Shown here: positions 52,976 through 61,436 of the stretch, piece after piece
Layout: every line of letters starts with the position of its first letter
Numbering within the stretch: the first letter of the stretch is position 1
DNA from: Bacteroidetes bacterium CG2_30_33_31
GTDB lineage: Bacteria; Bacteroidota; Bacteroidia; Bacteroidales; UBA1556
Direction of reading: 5' to 3'
Assembly: GCA_001872625.1 (NCBI GenBank)
Contig: MNXP01000068.1
Span: 3,598 to 67,597 of the forward strand
Length of the DNA: 64,000 nt
Position numbers and translations under genes: made by a program
Notes under the pieces: model-generated
The model's database searches: none
What the model was told of the DNA's origin: nothing
What the model saw: only the letters and a program-made list of their open reading frames with translations

Positions 52976-53524
52976 TTACTCTTTCTCAACTTGCATAAAT
53001 CCAAGTTCTAAAGGAGTCTTACGTCCGAATATCTTCACCATAACTTTGAGTCGTTTTTTATCTTCATTTATTTCTTCAATAACTCCTGAGAAGCTAGAGA
53101 ATGGTCCGTCAGTTACAGTAACTGTCTCTCCTACAATAAATGGAATATTAACAAACTCTCCTTGTTCGGCCAATTCATCTACTTTACCAAGTATTCTATT
53201 GACTTCTGAAGGTCGCAATGGATGTGGAGTTCCTCCTTTTTCGGCTCCTAAAAACCCAATAACGTTTGGTACACCTTTAATCACATGAGCAACTTCACCC
53301 AATAATGCAGCTTTTACAAGCACATATCCAGGAAAATAATTACGTTCTTTGCTAATTTTTTTACCATTTCTTATTTGATAAACTTTTTCAGTAGGGATAA
53401 GTACTTTTTCAACTAAATCTTGAAATGATAATCTATCGATTTCACTTTCCAGATATTCCTTTACTTTAGATTCTTTACCACTAATTGCACGAACAACGTA
53501 CCATTTCTTTTCTATTTCACTCAT
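52976..53524 (-). CDS. nusG: transcription termination/antitermination factor NusG
   Basis: KWYVVRAISGKE NGN domain and a C-terminal KOW domain (GETVTVTDGPF). Confidence 0.97.
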   Translation of the reverse strand: MSEIEKKWYVVRAISGKESKVKEYLESEIDRLSFQDLVEKVLIPTEKVYQIRNGKKISKERNYFPGYVLVKAALLGEVAHVIKGVPNVIGFLGAEKGGTPHPLRPSEVNRILGKVDELAEQGEFVNIPFIVGETVTVTDGPFSSFSGVIEEINEDKKRLKVMVKIFGRKTPLELGFMQVEKE

Positions 53525-53590
53525 GATAAAATTTACTTACGCTATTATTTTATGCGTTGAAATTAACTTACGACTATGCATTGGATATTG

Positions 53591-53782
53591 TTAAAACAGA
53601 CTGTAAAACAACTCCAAAACATTTTTAAACGAAATATCCATCAAAAACACCACAAGGGCGATAATAAGGGAAGCAATGGATACCACGATGGCACTATTTT
53701 GAAGCTCAGCCCATGAAGGCCAAGAAACTTTATTTACCAACTCGTCGTAACTTTCTTTTATATAATCTACTACTTTTGCCAT
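53591..53782 (-). CDS. secE: preprotein translocase subunit SecE
   Basis: A 63-aa protein with a single C-terminal TM segment, positioned directly before nusG. Confidence 0.9.
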   Translation of the reverse strand: MAKVVDYIKESYDELVNKVSWPSWAELQNSAIVVSIASLIIALVVFLMDISFKNVLELFYSLF

Positions 53783-53799
53783 AACTATTATATATTAAG

Positions 53800-53872
53800 C
53801 ACGGGAGGTAGGGCTCGAACCCACGACTCCTGGTTTTGGAGACCAGAGCTCTACCAACTGAGCTACTCCCGT
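53800..53872 (-). tRNA. tRNA-Trp (anticodon CCA)
   Basis: Hand-folded cloverleaf: acceptor ACGGGAG/CTCCCGT, anticodon loop CTCCAAA, T-loop TTCGAGC. No encoded CCA. Confidence 0.93.
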
Positions 53873-53946
53873 TTCGCTAAGTATAATTAAAAAGATATGA
53901 CGTCTCTATAAAAGAGACACCATATCAAATATTTAACTTAATTAAC

Positions 53947-55137
53947 CTAGTCAATTATTAACTCAGTAACCTGACCTGCACCTACTGTTCTACCACCTTC
54001 GCGAATAGCAAAGCGTAAACCTTTGCTCATAGCAATTTGGCTTAGAAGATGAACAGTTATTGAGAGGTTATCACCTGGCATTACCATTTCAACACCTGCT
54101 GGAAGAGTAATCTCTCCAGTTACATCTGTTGTGCGGAAATAGAATTGTGGGCGATAATTATTGTGAAATGGAGTATGACGTCCACCTTCTTCTTTTTTCA
54201 AGATGTAAACTTCTGCTTTGAAGTTATCATGTGGTTTTACTGAACCTGGTTTAGCGATAACCATACCACGACGGATTTGATCTTTATCAATACCACGTAA
54301 TAAAAGGCCAACGTTATCTCCAGCTTCGCCGCGATCAAGTATTTTGCGAAACATTTCAACACCAGTAACAACTGATTTTAATTTTTCAGCTCCCATACCA
54401 ATGATATCAACAGCATCACTTGAGTTTATTACTCCAGATTCTATTCTACCTGTAGCAACAGTACCTCTACCAGTGATTGAAAAAACATCTTCGATAGGCA
54501 TTAAAAAATCTTTATCAACATCACGAATAGGGAGTTGAATCCAAGTGTCAACGGCATCCATTAATTCATAAACTTTATCCATCCATTTAGGTTCTTTATT
54601 TAAAGCACCAAGTGCAGAACCTTGAATAATTGGAGTTTCATCACCATCAAATTCGTAGAACGAAAGAAGCTCGCGAATTTCCATTTCAACAAGTTCTAGG
54701 AGTTCTTCATCATCTACCATGTCCACTTTGTTCATAAATACAACAATACGTGGAACACCAACTTGACGAGCGAGCAATATATGCTCACGTGTTTGAGGCA
54801 TTGGGCCATCAGTAGCAGCCACAACTAAAATTGCACCGTCCATTTGGGCAGCACCTGTAACCATGTTTTTTACGTAGTCAGCATGACCAGGACAGTCAAC
54901 ATGTGCGTAATGACGGTTTGCAGTTGTATATTCTACGTGAGCCGTATTGATAGTAATACCCCTTTCTTTTTCTTCGGGAGCATTGTCAATAGCGTCAAAG
55001 TTTTTTATTTCTGAAAGTCCTTTTTCAGCAAGACAAACAGTGATAGCAGCGGTAAGAGTAGTCTTACCGTGGTCGACGTGACCGATAGTACCAACATTTA
55101 CGTGTGGCTTCGACCTGTCGTAATGTTCTTTAGCCAT
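53947..55137 (-). CDS. tuf: elongation factor Tu
   Basis: [27 protein letters not shown]. Start set at the ATG at 55137, because the track's 25-codon extension runs into tRNA-Thr. Confidence 0.99.
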   Translation of the reverse strand: MAKEHYDRSKPHVNVGTIGHVDHGKTTLTAAITVCLAEKGLSEIKNFDAIDNAPEEKERGITINTAHVEYTTANRHYAHVDCPGHADYVKNMVTGAAQMDGAILVVAATDGPMPQTREHILLARQVGVPRIVVFMNKVDMVDDEELLELVEMEIRELLSFYEFDGDETPIIQGSALGALNKEPKWMDKVYELMDAVDTWIQLPIRDVDKDFLMPIEDVFSITGRGTVATGRIESGVINSSDAVDIIGMGAEKLKSVVTGVEMFRKILDRGEAGDNVGLLLRGIDKDQIRRGMVIAKPGSVKPHDNFKAEVYILKKEEGGRHTPFHNNYRPQFYFRTTDVTGEITLPAGVEMVMPGDNLSITVHLLSQIAMSKGLRFAIREGGRTVGAGQVTELIID

Positions 55138-55188
55138 AATTGAATAAATTAAGTTAAATAAAAATAAAATTGTTTCAAAATAAAAAGA

Positions 55189-55260
<72 letters not shown>

Positions 55261-55268
55261 ATAATTGA

Positions 55269-55341
55269 GCGGGAAACCGGGCTCGAACCGGCCACCTACA
55301 GCTTGGAAGGCTGTCGCTCTACCAAATGAGCTATTCCCGCT
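55269..55341 (-). tRNA. tRNA-Gly (anticodon TCC)
   Basis: Acceptor GCGGGAA/TTCCCGC, anticodon stem ACAGC/GCTGT, loop CTTCCAA. Confidence 0.93.
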
Positions 55342-55440
55342 AGCTTTTGCTATTTATTAAACTCAAAGCACAAGATGAAAAGTAAAAATGATAATTATTA
55401 AATTATCGAAAACAAACATCTTTGCCTTTCATACAAACCT

Positions 55441-55525
55441 TGGTGGGGAGAGGAGGATTCGAACCTCCGAAGGCTGAGCCAACAGATTTACAGTCTGCCC
55501 CGTTTGACCGCTTCGGTATCTCCCC
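55441..55525 (-). tRNA. tRNA-Tyr (anticodon GTA), long variable arm, 3' CCA encoded
   Basis: Acceptor GGGGAGA/TCTCCCC, loop CTGTAAA, variable arm GGCTCAGCCTTC, terminal ACCA encoded in the DNA. Confidence 0.93.
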
Positions 55526-55558
55526 AAAAAAATTACTAATGCATATTATAAAGTATCG

Positions 55559-55632
55559 AGCCGATGGACGGATTCGAACCGCCGACCAGCTGATTACAAA
55601 TCAGCTGCTCTGGCCAACTGAGCTACATCGGC
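55559..55632 (-). tRNA. tRNA-Thr (anticodon TGT)
   Basis: Acceptor GCCGATG/CATCGGC, anticodon stem GCTGA/TCAGC, loop TTTGTAA. Confidence 0.93.
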
Positions 55633-55657
55633 ATGAGATTTTCATCATTTCAATAAA

Positions 55658-55684
55658 CAAAAAAAGACCCTATAAAAAGGGTCT
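55658..55684 (-). terminator. rho-independent terminator after hpf
   Basis: agaccct/agggtct 7-bp stem with a 6-nt loop, followed on the minus strand by T7. Confidence 0.8.
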
Positions 55685-55782
55685 GCAAATGTACTAAACA
55701 TATCATAACTTCCAAATATTATTTAAATATATTTGGATATATTTAGTTAAACAAGCTTATATAATTGATTATCATATATTTA

Positions 55783-56082
55783 TTATCTCTCTTTTGTCTT
55801 ATTTTTATGCTTAACTAATTGTTTTCTTAGGGCTTCTATTGTTAAATCGGTGCCTTCTTCGAAAGATTTGCTGCGCTTTTTTGCAAACAATTCTACTCCT
55901 GGCAGGTTTATTTTAATTTCGGTAATCTTGTTTTCATTCTGCTCATCTTTGTCAAGTTTTAGAGTAACTTCACTTTTGTAAATTCCATCATGAACTAAAA
56001 TTAATTTTGAAACTTTACTTTCAATAAACTTCTCAAGTTTAACATCTGTTTTAAATTTCACTGAGTTAATTGCAATTTCCAT
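55783..56082 (-). CDS. hpf: ribosome hibernation promoting factor / RaiA family (short form)
   Basis: A 99-aa sigma-54-modulation/S30EA-type protein (INLPGVELFAKKRSKSFEEGTDLTIEALRKQL). Confidence 0.85.
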   Translation of the reverse strand: MEIAINSVKFKTDVKLEKFIESKVSKLILVHDGIYKSEVTLKLDKDEQNENKITEIKINLPGVELFAKKRSKSFEEGTDLTIEALRKQLVKHKNKTKER

Positions 56083-56101
56083 AATTTATCTCCTTTTAAT
56101 T

Positions 56102-56992
56102 TTAAGCCTTTGGATGGGCTTGTTTATAAACTAACTTTAAATTTTCTATACTATTGTGTGTATAGATTTGAGTGGCAGCCAAATTTGCATGACCTAATAT
56201 CTCTTTTATTGAGTTGAGGTCGGCTCCATGATTTAACATGTGGGTAGCAAAGCTATGTCTTATTACATGCGGACTTTTCTTTGAAGCCGTAGTAACCAAG
56301 CCAAGATAATGATTCACCAGCCTATACACAAATTTATTATATATTTTCTTACCATTGGGTGTTAAAAATAGATAAATTTCATTTCTATTTTCAACAAATT
56401 CTTGATTCCTTATAATTAAATATTCTTTAATAATGTCTACAATCTTATTTGTTAATGGAATAATTCGTTCTTTATTTCTTTTCCCCAGAACCTTAATATA
56501 CATGCTGTAGAAATCGATGCTATTATTTCTTAGGCCAGTAAGTTCTGAAATTCTCATGCCTGTTGCATATAACATTTCTATAATGGCTCTGCTTAAATGT
56601 CCGCTATAATTGTTGCCAAAATCAATATCATTTAATAAAAACTGCATTTTATCCTCCTCAACATAAACTGGCAGATTTGTTGGCTTTTTCATTGCTTTAA
56701 TAAGCGAGGCGGGATTTTGATTTATTACAGTTTGTTTTTTTAAATATTTATAGAATGACCTTAATGAAGTAATTTTCCTATTTATGGAGGTTGCTTTTAG
56801 TCCAGTTTCGCTCAAATTAACCATCCATGCTCTTAACATATAAGGTTCTACATTTTGAATATTTGTATCTGGAAATTCGTTGAAAATAAATTCAGAAAAT
56901 TTATTAATATCCTCATTATAAGCAATTAAAGTATTTTGTGAATATCTATTTTCGAATTGCAAGTAGTCTATAAATTCCTGAATTTTGCTCAT
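56102..56992 (-). CDS. tyrosine recombinase, XerC/XerD-like
   Basis: SAM-like N-domain and catalytic region (ATGMRISEL, HVIRHSFATHML, LGHANLAATQIYTH). Confidence 0.88.
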   Translation of the reverse strand: MSKIQEFIDYLQFENRYSQNTLIAYNEDINKFSEFIFNEFPDTNIQNVEPYMLRAWMVNLSETGLKATSINRKITSLRSFYKYLKKQTVINQNPASLIKAMKKPTNLPVYVEEDKMQFLLNDIDFGNNYSGHLSRAIIEMLYATGMRISELTGLRNNSIDFYSMYIKVLGKRNKERIIPLTNKIVDIIKEYLIIRNQEFVENRNEIYLFLTPNGKKIYNKFVYRLVNHYLGLVTTASKKSPHVIRHSFATHMLNHGADLNSIKEILGHANLAATQIYTHNSIENLKLVYKQAHPKA

Positions 56993-57072
56993 AAAAAAAG
57001 CTTTCTAAAAATTTGAATAAATATACTCAGATTTTCGAGAAAGCCTAAAAATTTTTTTAATTATTTTTTTGA

Positions 57073-57270
57073 TTATAATCCTTCTTCTTTTTCGCGAAGT
57101 TGCTGGACATAAACAGCCTTTATCATTTGCTCGCGATTAACAACGGAAGGTTTTATGTACGCCTGACGGCGACGCAATTCTTTCAAAGTTCCAGTTTTAT
57201 CAAACTTACGCTTGAGTTTTTTCAAAGCTCTGTCGATGTTTTCGCCTTCTTTAATGGGTACAATAATCAT
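57073..57270 (-). CDS. rpsU: 30S ribosomal protein S21
   Basis: A 65-aa basic protein (GENIDRALKKLKRKFDKTGTLKELRRRQAYIKPS). Confidence 0.96.
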   Translation of the reverse strand: MIIVPIKEGENIDRALKKLKRKFDKTGTLKELRRRQAYIKPSVVNREQMIKAVYVQQLREKEEGL

Positions 57271-57317
57271 AATAATACTCTCTCTTTCTATAAAAGTTAA
57301 TAAATAATTTAAGGCCG

Positions 57318-57325
57318 CAAATGTA
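57318..57325 (-). promoter_or_regulatory. candidate -7 box for rpsU
   Basis: The minus strand reads tacatttg, 47 nt upstream of the ATG at 57270. Confidence 0.3.
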
Positions 57326-57415
57326 TATAAAATTTAAACTGAATTACATAAAATATTTTTTTGCTCATATTTTAAAAAAAAAGAAAATAAATGCAGAATG
57401 TAAACCAAATTAATA

Positions 57416-57423
57416 TACTTTTG
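57416..57423 (+). promoter_or_regulatory. candidate -7 box for the barrel-SPOR gene
   Basis: tacttttg, 33 nt upstream of the ATG at 57457. Confidence 0.3.
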
Positions 57424-57456
57424 TTATACATATAATCACATAATAATCAACAGACA

Positions 57457-59238
57457 ATGAAATCAATAAAATTATTCACTTTAATGTTAGTTACTTCTTT
57501 AGTAATTTCGATTAATATTAATGCTCAAGATGCTGATAATCTAAAATATAAACCATGGACTTTTAATGTAAATATGGGACAGACATTATTTTGGGGCGAT
57601 AATAATAATGACATTTTAAATCCTTTTTCGGCATATTTTAAAAGCGACAAAAGTGCTTTTGGTTATGGTTTGATAATTCAAAAGAACTTTAATCCTTGGT
57701 TAGGTGTTGATTTTCAATATTTAGGAGGCCAGTTAAATGGCACTCGTTACACTTGGAGCGATGGAAATGCTGCAAATCTTTATTTCCATTCTAAAATAAA
57801 TCAATTTGGACTTAACTTAAATATAGATGTGTTAGATATATTTAGAGAACCTTCAATAATCAACCTTTTTAACTTTTACGTTAGAGGCGGGGCAGCTTAT
57901 AATTTATATAATGCCACTGAATACAGTTTAATTACAAATGCTGTTACTAATACAAAAAAATCTGGTGCAATTGAAGCTGTAGGTGGCTGGGGAATTAGAT
58001 TTGATGTTAATGAAAAATTGGGATTTACTTTTGAAAATACTTTCAATTATGCGTTTGATGATTTTTTAGATGCCCATAGTACAATAAATTCACAAGCAAA
58101 TGACCTTTTCGCATATACTTCTATTGGAGCAGTTTATAGAGTTTATCCACAGCCTAAGAAACCATCGCTCGAAAAAGAAAATGAAATTATTCCTACAGAT
58201 AGCTCAATTGCAACTAACAATAATGAACAGCCGAAAGCCGAATTAGGTGTTGATTTGATGATGCCCGCTTCAATGGAAATATCGGATAGTGTTATTGTAA
58301 ATATCAAGGTGAGCAAATATGCCCTTAATGAGAAAGCTAAATTGCAACAAACAATTCCTACTGGATTTATTGTTGCTCAAAAAGAAAATGCAACTTCTAC
58401 ATTTAATTTCGCTGATCAAATTATAACATTTACATGGGATAATTTTCCAAGCCAACAAGAATTTATTCAATTAAGCTATTATTTAATATCCAGTAAATCG
58501 GTCTCTGGTAGCTATTCAATTCCTGGAATTATATTTTACGATGAAAATGGCACAGAAAAAATTCAACAATTTAAAGAGAGTATTAATGTTACTGCTCCAG
58601 CAGTTATAGCAGAAGTTCCTAAAGTTGAAACACCAATAGTTGAATCTCCAGTAGTTAATGAAACTAAAACATCAGGATCTGTGGATGGATTAGTTTATAG
58701 AGTTCAGGTAAAAGCTATATATGGTGGAAAATCTACAACTAAATCAATCTCAAGGCAATATGGAATAGATAAGGAAATCAATGAAGAATTTATCAATGGC
58801 TATTCAAAATATACAGCTGGTAATTTTTCAACATATCAAGAAGCTAAAGCTTATAAAGATCAACTTAGACAAGGAAAAGCTTCTGATGCATTTGTGGTGG
58901 CTTATGTTAATAATAATAGAGTTGCCAACATTCAAGATGCCTTAAAAATGGAGGGGACTTCGGAAGCAAAAACATCTGTTCCATCCACAGTAATATCAAG
59001 CAAAGGCATTAGCTATAGTATTCAGATTGCAGCATCTGCAAAAGATTTATCGCCAATAAGCATAGGTAATCAATTGAGTATATCCGATAAAGTTATTAAA
59101 ACATCACATAATGGACTTTACAAATATTTAGTAGGTTCATTTAATTCTTATGATGATGCAAAATCAAAAATGGCACAACTTCAAGAAAAGGTGTCTGATG
59201 CCTTTATTGTAAAATATGTAAATGGAATCAGGAAATAA
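57457..59238 (+). CDS. outer-membrane beta-barrel protein fused to two C-terminal SPOR domains
   Basis: Signal peptide. A ~210-aa region of alternating aromatic/Gly strands ends in YTSIGAVYRVY. A middle beta-rich domain follows, then two SPOR-like repeats (YRVQVKAI...YTAGNFSTYQEAKAYKDQL; YSIQIAAS...YLVGSFNSYDDAKSKMAQL). Confidence 0.75.
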   Translation: MKSIKLFTLMLVTSLVISININAQDADNLKYKPWTFNVNMGQTLFWGDNNNDILNPFSAYFKSDKSAFGYGLIIQKNFNPWLGVDFQYLGGQLNGTRYTWSDGNAANLYFHSKINQFGLNLNIDVLDIFREPSIINLFNFYVRGGAAYNLYNATEYSLITNAVTNTKKSGAIEAVGGWGIRFDVNEKLGFTFENTFNYAFDDFLDAHSTINSQANDLFAYTSIGAVYRVYPQPKKPSLEKENEIIPTDSSIATNNNEQPKAELGVDLMMPASMEISDSVIVNIKVSKYALNEKAKLQQTIPTGFIVAQKENATSTFNFADQIITFTWDNFPSQQEFIQLSYYLISSKSVSGSYSIPGIIFYDENGTEKIQQFKESINVTAPAVIAEVPKVETPIVESPVVNETKTSGSVDGLVYRVQVKAIYGGKSTTKSISRQYGIDKEINEEFINGYSKYTAGNFSTYQEAKAYKDQLRQGKASDAFVVAYVNNNRVANIQDALKMEGTSEAKTSVPSTVISSKGISYSIQIAASAKDLSPISIGNQLSISDKVIKTSHNGLYKYLVGSFNSYDDAKSKMAQLQEKVSDAFIVKYVNGIRK

Positions 59239-59254
59239 ATAAAAATTAAATTAC

Positions 59255-59293
59255 AAAAAATGCCGCTTTGATTTCTCAAAGCGGCATTTTTTT
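59255..59293. terminator. bidirectional terminator between convergent genes
   Basis: A6, tgccgctttga/tcaaagcggca 11-bp stem with a tttc loop, then T7. Confidence 0.85.
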
Positions 59294-59309
59294 AATTAAT
59301 ACATTTCCC

Positions 59310-59813
59310 TTAAAATGGCCAAAAGCTATTATCATTCCATATATCTTCTTTCAAAGAATTGTTTAATTCGATAAGAGCTTTAGCATGTCCATCTTCCCAA
59401 TGTGCAAGCATATTATAAATTTCTTTTTCGTTTTTGTCGATTGCATCTGCTGCTCTATTTGTATAAAGTTCAATTGCCTTAGCTTCAAAATCGATGGCTG
59501 AAGAAATTGCTGCTGCCTCAAAACTTGCTGCACTAATTTCTTTCTTGATATCTTCTGTAAGAACAGCCATAGCAAGTTCATCTTCTTTGGGTTCCACAAA
59601 ATCCGTAATCTTCAAAAATTCTTTAGATTTTTGATAATTTTGAAATTGTCTTGTTAAAAACATTATATGAACTTCTTCTTCCGCTGCCATTTGTTCAAAA
59701 ATTTTCTTTGCTGATTTGCTATCAGTCTTTTCTGCTACATTTTTATAGAAAGCTTTACCTCTCATTTCAAGGAGTAGCGCCTCCTTTAATATATCTTCTG
59801 CTTTTAATGCCAT
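59310..59813 (-). CDS. ferritin-like/rubrerythrin-family diiron protein (no rubredoxin domain)
   Basis: Two E-x-x-H pairs in helices (AAEEEVHIMFL; LAHWEDGHAKAL) with preceding Glu-containing helices. Confidence 0.75.
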   Translation of the reverse strand: MALKAEDILKEALLLEMRGKAFYKNVAEKTDSKSAKKIFEQMAAEEEVHIMFLTRQFQNYQKSKEFLKITDFVEPKEDELAMAVLTEDIKKEISAASFEAAAISSAIDFEAKAIELYTNRAADAIDKNEKEIYNMLAHWEDGHAKALIELNNSLKEDIWNDNSFWPF

Positions 59814-59845
59814 AATATTATAATTTAAGTTTAATTTTCTGATGG

Positions 59846-59853
59846 CAAATATA
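59846..59853 (-). promoter_or_regulatory. candidate -7 box for ferritin-like gene
   Basis: The minus strand reads tatatttg, 32 nt upstream of the ATG at 59813. Confidence 0.35.
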
Positions 59854-59929
59854 GAAATTAAATGAAATCAGTAGAATTGATAAATAATAAATTGTAAAAT
59901 ATTTTATGATAAATAATAATAAAATACAT

Positions 59930-60128
59930 CATTGTCCGAGTAAAATCATCCAATAAAAAGATTCAAAGATTTCTCCCATTGGTAGAAATTAGAATCAGAT
60001 AATTACGGTTTTATGGTGGTGTTTGATGGAGGCTTCACCGCTATCAAACACAAAATTCCAATAATCTCTGAGACCATTGTCATATTGGCCGAAGGGAGAA
60101 ATCTACTAAATTATTACGGACAACAATG
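59930..60128. ncRNA. candidate structured ncRNA (strand unresolved; 6S-like or Bacteroidales-1-like)
   Basis: A G+C-enriched island in an A/T spacer with nested helices: 59930-59938/60117-60128; 59967-59977/60094-60104 (11 perfect bp); 60019-60027/60043-60051 (9 bp); 60058-60063/60083-60088. No ORF longer than 38 codons. Confidence 0.4.
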
Positions 60129-60160
60129 AATAAAATATTTTGACTTAAAAAAATTAGGCA

Positions 60161-60188
60161 AAAAAAAACCACAATCATAAGATTGTAG
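60161..60188 (-). terminator. rho-independent terminator after rplT
   Basis: The minus-strand RNA reads CUACAAUC-UUAU-GAUUGUGG followed by U8. The U-G pair in this sense would be a C-A mismatch in the plus sense. Confidence 0.85.
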
Positions 60189-60217
60189 TTTAATTAAGTT
60201 ACCTATTATAAAGCGTT

Positions 60218-60562
60218 CTATTTCACAGCATTAACTATGGCTTTAAAAGCTTCTGGATTATTCATTGCTAAGTCGGCGAGAACTTTGCGGTTCATTTCGA
60301 TTCCTTTAGAATGAAGTTTTCCCATAAAAACAGAATAAGACAACCCATAGATTCGTGCACCAGCGTTAATTCGTTGAATCCACAAAGCTCTGAAAGTACG
60401 CTTTTTAGCTCGTCTGTCGCGGTAGGCATAAGTCTGCCCTTTTTCCCAAGAATTCTTGGCGACCGTCCAAACATTTTTTCTACGTCCAAATTGACCACGA
60501 GTCAATTTCATCAATTTCTTACGACGTGTTCTTGATGCTACAGCATTTACTGATCTTGGCAT
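60218..60562 (-). CDS. rplT: 50S ribosomal protein L20
   Basis: [23 protein letters not shown]...[20 protein letters not shown]. Confidence 0.98.
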   Translation of the reverse strand: MPRSVNAVASRTRRKKLMKLTRGQFGRRKNVWTVAKNSWEKGQTYAYRDRRAKKRTFRALWIQRINAGARIYGLSYSVFMGKLHSKGIEMNRKVLADLAMNNPEAFKAIVNAVK

Positions 60563-60575
60563 AATTTTAAATTTT

Positions 60576-60623
60576 CTTGTTGCAGCGGTAAAACTAATTA
60601 CACTTTTTGAGCTGACAACAATG
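60576..60623 (-). promoter_or_regulatory. hairpin in rpmI-rplT spacer (candidate L20 translational operator)
   Basis: ttgttgcagc (60577-60586) pairs with gctg(a)caacaa (60611-60621), 10 bp with one bulge. The 3' arm in mRNA sense ends 13 nt before the rplT ATG. Confidence 0.35.
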
Positions 60624-60640
60624 GTTAAACATTAAATAAA

Positions 60641-60835
60641 CTACATTGCTAACATTTTCTTGATGTTAGCTACATCTGCTTTATCGGCCATGGCACTATA
60701 AGTCAAATTACGTTTCCGTTTTTTAGACTTCTTAGTCAAAATATGGCTTTTATAAGCATGCTTTCTTTTTACTTTACCAGTAGCGGTTATCGTAAACCGT
60801 TTTTTTGCACTGGCTTTTGTTTTCATTTTAGGCAT
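60641..60835 (-). CDS. rpmI: 50S ribosomal protein L35
   Basis: [14 protein letters not shown]..., 64 aa, very basic. Confidence 0.97.
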   Translation of the reverse strand: MPKMKTKASAKKRFTITATGKVKRKHAYKSHILTKKSKKRKRNLTYSAMADKADVANIKKMLAM

Positions 60836-60856
60836 TATTATACAATTAAAAAATTA

Positions 60857-61408
60857 CTATTTGGTTTTTGGAGTCAAAATCATTATCATTCTCTTACCCT
60901 CAAGTTTTGGTAGGCTTTCAACCTTGCCAAAATCTTCAACAGCTTGGGCAAATTTCAATAAAATTATTTCTCCATTATCTTTATAAATTATCGAACGACC
61001 TCTAAAAAACACAAAAACTTTTACTTTAGCACCGTCTTTAAGAAACTTTAAAGCATAATTGACTTTAAAATCAAAGTCATGATCATCAGTATGCGGTCCT
61101 AAACGAATTTCCTTTAAAACGACTTTGGCTGATTTAGCTTTTATCTCTTTGGCGCGTTTTTTTTGGTCGTAAATAAATTTCTTATAATCAATTATCCTAC
61201 AAACTGGTGGAGTAGCATTTGGTGAAATTTCAACCAAATCCAAGCCTTGTTCTTCTGCCATTGCCAAAGCATCTTTGATATTGTAGATATTCACTTCCAC
61301 ATTATCACCAACTACTCTAACAACAGTTTCTTTTATTCTGCCATTTATTCGATGAGCATCTTCAGCTTTTACTGGACCTCGTCCACGACCTTTATAATTC
61401 TGTGCTAT
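60857..61408 (-). CDS. infC: translation initiation factor IF-3 (probable non-AUG ATA start)
   Basis: [18 protein letters not shown]..., an IF3 N- and C-domain sequence. The longest ORF reaches the ATG at 61453 inside thrS. I favour the ATA at 61408, which lies 6 nt after GGAGGA and downstream of the thrS stop. Confidence 0.9.
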   Translation of the reverse strand: MAQNYKGRGRGPVKAEDAHRINGRIKETVVRVVGDNVEVNIYNIKDALAMAEEQGLDLVEISPNATPPVCRIIDYKKFIYDQKKRAKEIKAKSAKVVLKEIRLGPHTDDHDFDFKVNYALKFLKDGAKVKVFVFFRGRSIIYKDNGEIILLKFAQAVEDFGKVESLPKLEGKRMIMILTPKTK

Positions 61409-61436
61409 TTTAAATCCTCCTATATTTGTTAATAAA

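Noticed and set aside
55422-55697. A 91-aa plus-strand ORF.
   Set aside because: It lies entirely across tRNA-Tyr and tRNA-Thr(TGT) on the opposite strand. Its open frame is a by-product of the tRNA sequences.
56102-56992. A tyrosine recombinase next to a tRNA cluster, considered as a marker of an integrated element.
   Set aside because: It is flanked by rpsU and hpf (housekeeping genes). It lies on the 5' side of the tRNAs rather than at a tRNA 3' end. I saw no direct repeats of tRNA 3' sequence and no cargo genes. It is more likely a chromosomal Xer-type recombinase.
56993-57072. Inverted repeat gctttct/agaaagc between rpsU and the recombinase gene, followed on the minus strand by a T-run abutting the ATG.
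   Set aside because: The loop is about 31 nt and the stem only 7 bp. This is not convincing as an intrinsic terminator or an attenuator.
57271-57300. A purine-rich tract (agaaagagagag) upstream of rpsU, considered as a Shine-Dalgarno element for S21 autoregulation.
   Set aside because: It lacks a GGAGG core and pairs poorly with a CCUCC anti-SD. I cannot support the idea from sequence alone.
60013-60129. A 38-codon ORF (MVVFDGGFTAIKHKIPIISETIVILAEGRNLLNYYGQQ) inside the structured island.
   Set aside because: It is short, has no promoter or initiation context, and coincides with strong nested base-pairing. A decayed gene remnant remains the alternative explanation and is listed as the refutation test for the ncRNA finding.
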